From contig JBAYLA010000001.1 in the NCBI GenBank assembly GCA_041664285.1, positions 227 to 64,226 on the forward strand: a DNA stretch of 64,000 nucleotides, in the 5' to 3' direction. Below, piece after piece: positions 58,748 through 64,000 of this stretch (position 1 is the first letter of the stretch; each line of letters begins with the position of its first letter). The notes under the pieces are model-generated. The model had not been told where the DNA came from, did no database searches, and saw only the letters and a list, made by a program, of their open reading frames with translations. Both the position numbers and the translations under genes were made by a program. The DNA is from Minisyncoccota bacterium. GTDB taxonomy: Bacteria; Patescibacteriota; Minisyncoccia; Phycocordibacterales; UBA9973.

Positions 58748-58825
58748 CACTCCCGCCATAGGCGGGCAAGTCGGCAGGTGACATGCCTTTTGCATCTCTC
58801 CTCGCCGGTATAATTGATGTATAAT

Positions 58826-58898
58826 GTCGGCGTAGCTCAGTCGGTAGAGCGGAGGACTCATAAGCCTCAGGTCACAGGTTCGATCCCTGTCGCCGACA
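58826..58898 (+). tRNA. tRNA-Met (CAT) elongator (or Ile2-lysidine type)
   Basis: Acceptor GTCGGCG/CGCCGAC with G1-C72 paired. D-arm TAGCTCAGTCGGTAGAGC. Anticodon loop CTCATAA. T-arm ACAGG-TTCGATC-CCTGT. Discriminator A. The -10 element TATAAT lies at 58809-58814. Confidence 0.8.
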
Positions 58899-58926
58899 CC
58901 CTTCAAAAGAGAAGGAAATATAGTAT

Positions 58927-59000
58927 GCGGTCGTAGCTCAACTGGTTAGAGCGCTTCCCTGTCACGGAAGAGGTTGCCGGTTCAAGTCCGGTCGATCGCG
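58927..59000 (+). tRNA. tRNA-Asp (GTC)
   Basis: Acceptor GCGGTCG/CGATCGC. Anticodon stem CTTCC/GGAAG with loop CTGTCAC. T-arm GCCGG-TTCAAGT-CCGGT. Discriminator G. Confidence 0.8.
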
Positions 59001-59092
59001 CAAGAATTTAGCTAATAAATAAGACTTAAAATTGCAATTAACATTGTGTTTTTTTATGCTATAATTAGCCTTATTATTTAATTTTAATTTTC

Positions 59093-59833
59093 ATGATTTA
59101 CACAATTTTATTAATCTTATTATTTATTATCGTTATAAGTATTCGTCAAATTAATCAATATGAAAAAGGTATAAAATTTACTTTTGGTAAATTTACTCGA
59201 ATCATGGAACCTGGATGGAGGCTTGTTTTGCCGATTATTCAAAGTTACCAAAAAGTAGATATCAGAGTAAAGGCCGTAGATGTTCCAGATCAAAATGCAA
59301 TAACGAGAGACAATGTTTCTGTAAAAGTTAACGCTGTCATATATTACAAAGTTAGCGATGCTCCAAAATCTATTATTGAAGTGGAAGATTTCAGATATGC
59401 AATTTCTCAATATGCCCAAACAACAATGCGAAACATTGTTGGTGAAGTAACATTAGATGAATTACTCTCTAGTAGAGATAAAATTGCCGACAGAATTAGG
59501 GAGATTGTTGATAAAGAGACAGATGCTTGGGGTCTGAAGGTCCAAAATGTGGAATTGAAAGATGTTAGTTTGCCACCTGACATGGAGAGAACTATTGGCA
59601 AACAAGCAGAAGCCGAAAGAGAGAAGAGGGCGGTAATTATAAATTCAGAAGGAGAACTTGCTGCTTCTCAAAACATAGCAAAAGCTGCAGGGGTGCTTGC
59701 TGCATCGCCAGGAGCACTTCATCTAAGAACTCTCCAATCTATTAATGACATTTCTTCTGATCAATCAAATACTGTTGTTTACATGATTCCTATTGAGGCT
59801 TTAAAAGCTTTAGAAGGGTTTGCTAAAAAATAA
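59093..59833 (+). CDS. SPFH/band-7 (stomatin/prohibitin-like) membrane protein
   Basis: N-terminal TM helix, then QYEKGIKFTFGKF ... VDIRVKAVDVPDQNAITRDNVSVKVNAVIYYKV, the SPFH core. Confidence 0.8.
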   Translation: MIYTILLILLFIIVISIRQINQYEKGIKFTFGKFTRIMEPGWRLVLPIIQSYQKVDIRVKAVDVPDQNAITRDNVSVKVNAVIYYKVSDAPKSIIEVEDFRYAISQYAQTTMRNIVGEVTLDELLSSRDKIADRIREIVDKETDAWGLKVQNVELKDVSLPPDMERTIGKQAEAEREKRAVIINSEGELAASQNIAKAAGVLAASPGALHLRTLQSINDISSDQSNTVVYMIPIEALKALEGFAKK

Positions 59834-59937
59834 TCGCAATCCAAGCTTTATCCACAAGCCTCGCTAAGTTTTAAGCCTTAATTTATAAAGGATATTTTCT
59901 TCCGACTGATTAGAGAAAGAAATGATATAATAAAAAT

Positions 59938-60882
59938 ATGAAAATAAAAAAATTAACAAAACCCACTATCCGTAAAGTACTTTTTGTTTGTAATGGAAAT
60001 ACTTTTAGAAGTTTTTCTGCAGAATTTCTCCTCAAGCATTATCTTGATAAACATAATATAAAAGGATGGAATGTTTTTTCAGCAGGATTGATAAAAAATC
60101 ATAGTAAGGTTGATCCTGAAACTATTGCCGACCTTAATGCCCTTGGTGTTAAAATATTTCATCGTGCTCATCATAAATTAAATAAGTTATTACTAAAGAA
60201 ATTTGATCTTGTAATTGCTATGGCCCAAGATCAAGTTGATGTTTTAAAAAATAATTTCAATTATCAACACGCAATTTTATTTAATGAATTAGTTAAAGAT
60301 GAGAAAAGTTCTATTTGGGATATACAAGACGAAGTGAAAGATTGTCACACCAATCGAAGGGGAGTTGAGAAAAAAATTGATAGAACGATACAATATATTC
60401 ACGATAGTATTCCAAAACTTGTTAAAAATATTAATGAGCGTGTATATCTTTTTGAAGATTTTGCCAAAGGATTAAAGAAAAGAGAACACAGAAATGGGTT
60501 TCCTATAATAAGACTTTATGAAACTCGGAATACCTTAGCCTTTATGTCTATTAGTATTCCTTCGAAGGAAGATGGGCATATTTTAGTAATCCCTAAAAAG
60601 AGATATATTTATTTTCACGAAATTCCACCTAAAATTTTAAAAGAACTTCTGATGGTAGTACAGAAAATTGGTGCGGTTCTAGAGAATGATCATGAAGGAT
60701 ATAATATACTTCTTAATAATGGTAGAGCAGCGATGCAATATGTTTTTCATGCACATTTCCATCTTATTCCTAGAGATAGTAAAGATAAAATTAAACTTGA
60801 GGATTGGAGTAATAAGAGATTGACTATACAGCAATTTATCATGCTCAATAAAAAACTCAAGCAGAAAATTGCAAACCAATAA
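59938..60882 (+). CDS. fusion: low-molecular-weight protein-tyrosine phosphatase domain + HIT (histidine triad) domain
   Basis: N-terminal VLFVCNGNTFRS is the CX5R(S) P-loop of LMW-PTP/ArsC-like enzymes. C-terminal HAHFHLIPR is the HIT HxHxHxx motif. Confidence 0.6.
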   Translation: MKIKKLTKPTIRKVLFVCNGNTFRSFSAEFLLKHYLDKHNIKGWNVFSAGLIKNHSKVDPETIADLNALGVKIFHRAHHKLNKLLLKKFDLVIAMAQDQVDVLKNNFNYQHAILFNELVKDEKSSIWDIQDEVKDCHTNRRGVEKKIDRTIQYIHDSIPKLVKNINERVYLFEDFAKGLKKREHRNGFPIIRLYETRNTLAFMSISIPSKEDGHILVIPKKRYIYFHEIPPKILKELLMVVQKIGAVLENDHEGYNILLNNGRAAMQYVFHAHFHLIPRDSKDKIKLEDWSNKRLTIQQFIMLNKKLKQKIANQ

Positions 60883-60902
60883 ATAAATAAAAATAATTTT
60901 AT

Positions 60903-61376
60903 TTATTTAGCAGGGCAAGTTTTAACAGCTGTTGCGTAATCACTCCAAGCAGTTTTAACTGCATTAGCTTGTGTTGCGGCAATATTCTTGATAGATGCCT
61001 TATATGTAACATTTGCAGCCCTAACCGCAGCAGCATAAGCAACATTGGCAGCTTTTACAGCCGCAGCTTTTACTGTTTTATCTGTATTTGCTTTTGCAAT
61101 AACTAGAGCAGCATTTCTTGTTTTTTTTGCGGTAGTGAGAGCATTATTTCTAGTCGTTTTTACATCAATCCTAGCTGACTTTGCTGTATCGGATGCTGTT
61201 TTCACAGTAGCCACCCGTGCAATTTTAGCAGTTGTAATACATGCTTTTCTGGCAGATACTATTGTTCCTATTTCTATATTAGTATTTGTGGTAGTATCCT
61301 CAGCAAAAACAACTGCCGAAGAGAGAAATAAGCTAAGAGCTAAAAATGGAACAACTAATTTTATTTTTTTTATCAT
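60903..61376 (-). CDS. secreted Ala/Lys/Thr-rich low-complexity repeat protein
   Basis: Signal peptide (LVVPFLALSLFLSSAVVFA). Body made of degenerate ~11-aa A/K/T/V repeats (TAK.AR ... VKT ... AAVKAANV). GC-rich through Ala codons. Confidence 0.4.
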   Translation of the reverse strand: MIKKIKLVVPFLALSLFLSSAVVFAEDTTTNTNIEIGTIVSARKACITTAKIARVATVKTASDTAKSARIDVKTTRNNALTTAKKTRNAALVIAKANTDKTVKAAAVKAANVAYAAAVRAANVTYKASIKNIAATQANAVKTAWSDYATAVKTCPAK

Positions 61377-61517
61377 AATTTTTTTTAAATTAATACTATT
61401 AACCCGACCTTATATATATATCTATTTATAATGACTTATTTTGCAAAATAAGTCAAAATACACTAAGATAAATAAATGCCCTTGTGGCTGTTTTGGTAGG
61501 TCGTTTACGTTTAGTTT

Positions 61518-61590
61518 GCCGTTGTAGCTCAGTTGGTAGAGCACGTCATTGGTAATGACGAGGTCATCGGTTCAATCCCGATCAACGGCT
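61518..61590 (+). tRNA. tRNA-Thr (GGT)
   Basis: Acceptor GCCGTTG/CAACGGC. Anticodon stem CGTCA/TGACG with loop TTGGTAA. T-arm ATCGG-TTCAATC-CCGAT. Confidence 0.8.
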
Positions 61591-61619
61591 CTAGTTTGTT
61601 CTGTAGTTAAACTTGATTT

Positions 61620-61692
61620 GCCATCCTAGCTCAGTTGGTAGAGCACGTCTTTCGTAAAGACGGGGTCCCGAGTTCGATCCTCGGGGATGGCT
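61620..61692 (+). tRNA. tRNA-Thr (CGT)
   Basis: Acceptor GCCATCC/GGATGGC. Anticodon stem CGTCT/AGACG with loop TTCGTAA. T-arm CCGAG-TTCGATC-CTCGG. Confidence 0.8.
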
Positions 61693-61693
61693 C

Positions 61694-62581
61694 ATGGATA
61701 AAGAAACAAAGAGTATTAATGAGCAAATAAAAAATTTAGAAGAGCAAATGATTGCTCCAGATTTTTGGAGTGATAAAAATAAAGCTCAAGTGATCTTAAA
61801 AGAATTAGCGAATCTGAAAGAAAAAAAAGAAGGCATAGGCAAATATGACAAAGGGAGTGCTGTCATTACAATAATTTCTGGAGCAGGGGGGGATGATGCC
61901 GAAGATTTTTCAGCGATGCTTTTGTCTATGTATCTAAAATATGTAAACAAAAAAGGTTGGAAAGTTTTTTTTATTCATGAAAATAAAAATGAACATAATG
62001 GATATAGGAATGTTTCTTTTGAAGTACAAGGTAGAAATGCTTATGGAATATTAAAAAATGAGTCTGGGGTTCATCGCCTCGTGCGAATTTCACCCTTTGA
62101 TGCAAAAAAATTACGACATACCTCTTTTTCCATGGTGGAAGTTTTACCTAAATTTTCTAAACTTGAAGAAAAAGATTTTGTTATACCGGCAGTTGATTTA
62201 AAGATAGAATATTCTCGCTCTGGTGGTCCTGGGGGGCAGAATGTAAACAAAAGGGAGACAGCAGTTCGTTTGGTGCATATTCCTACTGGGATAGCTGTGC
62301 ACGCTTCAAATGAACGTTCTCAAGAACAAAATCGAGAACGAGCCATGGCTATTCTTTTAGCTAAAATTTTTAAAAAAGCAGAAGCCGACAAGGAAAGTAT
62401 GGAAGAAAGTTTGAAATTAACTAGAAATACTGAAATAGAATGGGGGAATCAGATTCGTTCTTATGTTCTACACCCTTATAAAATGGTCAAAGATCACCGG
62501 ACGGACGCAGAAACATCTAATATCGATGCAGTTTTAAATGGCGGGCTAGATATTTTTATTGAAGCTGAGAAGAATTTATGA
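61694..62581 (+). CDS. prfB: peptide chain release factor 2 (short form, no programmed frameshift apparent)
   Basis: SPF tripeptide ([10 protein letters not shown]), which is RF2-specific. GGQ motif ([11 protein letters not shown]). 295 aa. The ATG lies 2 nt after the tRNA-Thr 3' end. Confidence 0.8.
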   Translation: MDKETKSINEQIKNLEEQMIAPDFWSDKNKAQVILKELANLKEKKEGIGKYDKGSAVITIISGAGGDDAEDFSAMLLSMYLKYVNKKGWKVFFIHENKNEHNGYRNVSFEVQGRNAYGILKNESGVHRLVRISPFDAKKLRHTSFSMVEVLPKFSKLEEKDFVIPAVDLKIEYSRSGGPGGQNVNKRETAVRLVHIPTGIAVHASNERSQEQNRERAMAILLAKIFKKAEADKESMEESLKLTRNTEIEWGNQIRSYVLHPYKMVKDHRTDAETSNIDAVLNGGLDIFIEAEKNL

Positions 62582-62593
62582 TAGAATGGGAGA

Positions 62594-63262
62594 GTGATTT
62601 ATTTCAATAATGTTTCAAAAATCTATAAGGACGCAACGGCCCTAGATGATGTTACTTTTGCGATAGAGACTGGAGAATTTGTCTCTGTGGTTGGGCATTC
62701 TGGTGCTGGTAAAACTACTTTAACAAAAATGATTTTAGCAGAAGAAATGCCATCCCTCGGTACAGTTTTTTTTGAGTCTATTAATGTAAATGAAATAAAA
62801 AATAAAGATTTAACCAAATTGCGTCGTCGTATTGGTATAGTTTTTCAAGATTATAGATTACTTTCTAATAAAACTGCCTATGAAAATATCGCTTTTGCCA
62901 TGGAAGCTGTTGGTAAAACAGAGGAAGAGATAGCAAGCGACGTTCCGCATGTTTTGGAGCTCGTTGACTTGAGTCATAGAATTTGTCATTTCCCAAATCA
63001 AATGTCTGGGGGCGAGCAACAACGTTTGGCCATAGCGCGGGCCATTATTAATCAGCCAGAACTTATCATTGCGGATGAACCAACGGGGAATCTGGACCCA
63101 GTAAACACCAGTGAAATAGTTCAGATTTTAAAGAAAATAAATGATCTTGGTACAACTGTGATTTTAACTACACATAATCGTGGAGTGGTTGAATCTATTG
63201 GGAAAAGGGTAATTACGATGGAAAATGGGAAAATTATAAGGGATTCCAAACATAAGAAATAG
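62594..63262 (+). CDS. ftsE: cell-division ABC ATPase FtsE
   Basis: MIYFNNVSKIY start. Walker A GHSGAGKTT. ABC signature MSGGEQQR. Walker B IIADEPTGNLD. 222 aa. Confidence 0.85.
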   Translation: MIYFNNVSKIYKDATALDDVTFAIETGEFVSVVGHSGAGKTTLTKMILAEEMPSLGTVFFESINVNEIKNKDLTKLRRRIGIVFQDYRLLSNKTAYENIAFAMEAVGKTEEEIASDVPHVLELVDLSHRICHFPNQMSGGEQQRLAIARAIINQPELIIADEPTGNLDPVNTSEIVQILKKINDLGTTVILTTHNRGVVESIGKRVITMENGKIIRDSKHKK

Positions 63263-63289
63263 TATGTTATAATTCTCTGATAATTATTT

Positions 63290-64000
63290 ATGGCATTCAT
63301 TTCATTCAAAAGAATTATAAAAGGTGGATTTTTAAACTTTAAAAGAAGTGGACTTGTTTCTTGGGCAGCTGTTCTGGTGGTGACAGTTACTCTCTGTGTT
63401 ATTACTATCATTATTCTTTTGCAAGCAGTTTTACATTTTTCTCTCAATCAAATTAAGGACAAGGTGGATGTTGCTATTTATTTCACTACCAGTGCGTCAG
63501 AGGACAAAATTTTATCTTTAAAATCTTCCTTGGAAAAATTACCAGAAGTGGCCACTGTGTCTTATACGAATGCAGATGAAGCTTTAAAAATTTTCCGTGA
63601 TCGCCATTCTAATGATTATCCGACGATTCAAGCCTTGGATGAAATAGGGACAAACCCTCTCGGGGCATACCTAAATGTGAAAGCTAAAGAAGTTTCTCAA
63701 TATGAAAGTATTGCGAATTTCTTGAAATCAGATGATGCCTTAGTTATCGGATCTGTTTCTATCATAGACAAAGTAAATTATTATCAAAACAAATCTGTTA
63801 TTGATAAGTTAAATTCAATTATCTCCGGAGCGCAAAAACTAGGTTTTCTAGTAACGCTACTTTTTGTAATTCTTTCTATTATTATTACTTTTAATACTAT
63901 TCGATTAACAATTTTTATTTCTAAAGAAGAAATCGGTGTCATGCGTCTTGTAGGTGCTTCGAAAATGCACGTCCGGGGACCTTTTATGATTGAAGGTGTA
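63290..64000 (+). CDS. ftsX: cell-division permease FtsX (5' partial, runs off window)
   Basis: N-terminal TM helix, a periplasmic domain, and the start of the C-terminal TM bundle. Immediately follows ftsE. Confidence 0.7.
   Translation, partial: MAFISFKRIIKGGFLNFKRSGLVSWAAVLVVTVTLCVITIIILLQAVLHFSLNQIKDKVDVAIYFTTSASEDKILSLKSSLEKLPEVATVSYTNADEALKIFRDRHSNDYPTIQALDEIGTNPLGAYLNVKAKEVSQYESIANFLKSDDALVIGSVSIIDKVNYYQNKSVIDKLNSIISGAQKLGFLVTLLFVILSIIITFNTIRLTIFISKEEIGVMRLVGASKMHVRGPFMIEGV

Noticed and set aside
58680-58825. GC-rich structured region tested as SRP RNA, tmRNA or RNase P RNA
   Set aside because: Short similarities to 4.5S RNA (CCCGCAAC, GGCAGGTGAC) and RNase P (CCATAGG) are present. 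There is no GGAA/AGCAGC domain-IV motif, no tag-peptide reading frame with a tRNA-Ala-like end, and the region is too short for RNase P. The 5' part folds as a tRNA instead, and the remainder is spacer with a CCCGCC-ata-GGCGGG hairpin.
58673-58906. 77-aa minus-strand ORF (MKGVGDRDRTCDLRLMSPPLYRLSYA...)
   Set aside because: It is antisense to the tRNA(CAT) genes. The RDRTCDL / PLYRLSYA peptide pattern is the classic translation of a reversed tRNA T-arm and acceptor region. Spurious.
61045-61431. 128-aa plus-strand ORF antisense to the Ala/Lys-rich secreted protein
   Set aside because: Antisense of a GC-rich Ala-codon repeat region, and it has no start context. The minus-strand protein has a signal peptide and coherent repeats.
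61694-62581. Alternative genetic code (UGA=Gly, code 25) sometimes seen in CPR lineages
   Set aside because: An RF2 gene (SPF motif) is present and ORFs end at TGA (e.g. 8906), so the standard code 11 was assumed.

Overview
AT-rich (~30-35% GC), gene-dense bacterial window with short or overlapping intergenic spacers, a class II (B12-dependent) ribonucleotide reductase, reduced metabolism and a complete Gram-positive/CPR-style type IV pilus plus competence locus. This composition and content suggest a Candidate Phyla Radiation (Patescibacteria)-like genome; that assignment is inference only. Recognisable housekeeping genes include ftsH, nrdJ with a PduO-type adenosyltransferase, recG, PGI/PMI, a short 6PGDH, ligA, ftsW, folD, secDF, lemA, htpX, gatCA, an SPFH protein, RF2 and ftsEX(partial). 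There are ten tRNA genes, among them a tRNA-Ile with a UAU anticodon, a type-II tRNA with an anomalous A34, and an initiator-like tRNA(CAU) with an upstream pseudo-fragment. A ~12.7 kb pilus/competence locus runs comFC, pilMNO(P), pilB, CheY-like REC, pilT, pilC, two pilins, pilD, three minor pilins and a 501-aa glycine-rich PilX-like protein. The most unusual content is an operon at 8.9-15.4 kb encoding a ThiF/E1-like adenylyltransferase with an N-terminal extension, a Leu/Phe/Glu-type amino-acid dehydrogenase, a PaaK/F390-synthetase-like adenylate-forming enzyme and a long nitroreductase-fold flavoprotein, followed by a membrane sensor histidine kinase. I could not assign this operon to a known pathway. 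Next to it sit a divergent SHMT-like PLP enzyme, an EPSP-synthase-like remnant, and a HEAT-repeat protein with a kinase-like C-terminus. Other accessory features are a GC-rich two-gene membrane cassette with its own promoter and a bidirectional terminator, two PAP2+DedA modules, an LMW-PTP/HIT fusion, and a structured inverted repeat between nrdJ and the adenosyltransferase gene. All calls come from motif recognition in the supplied translations and by-eye inspection of the DNA; no database searches were run.
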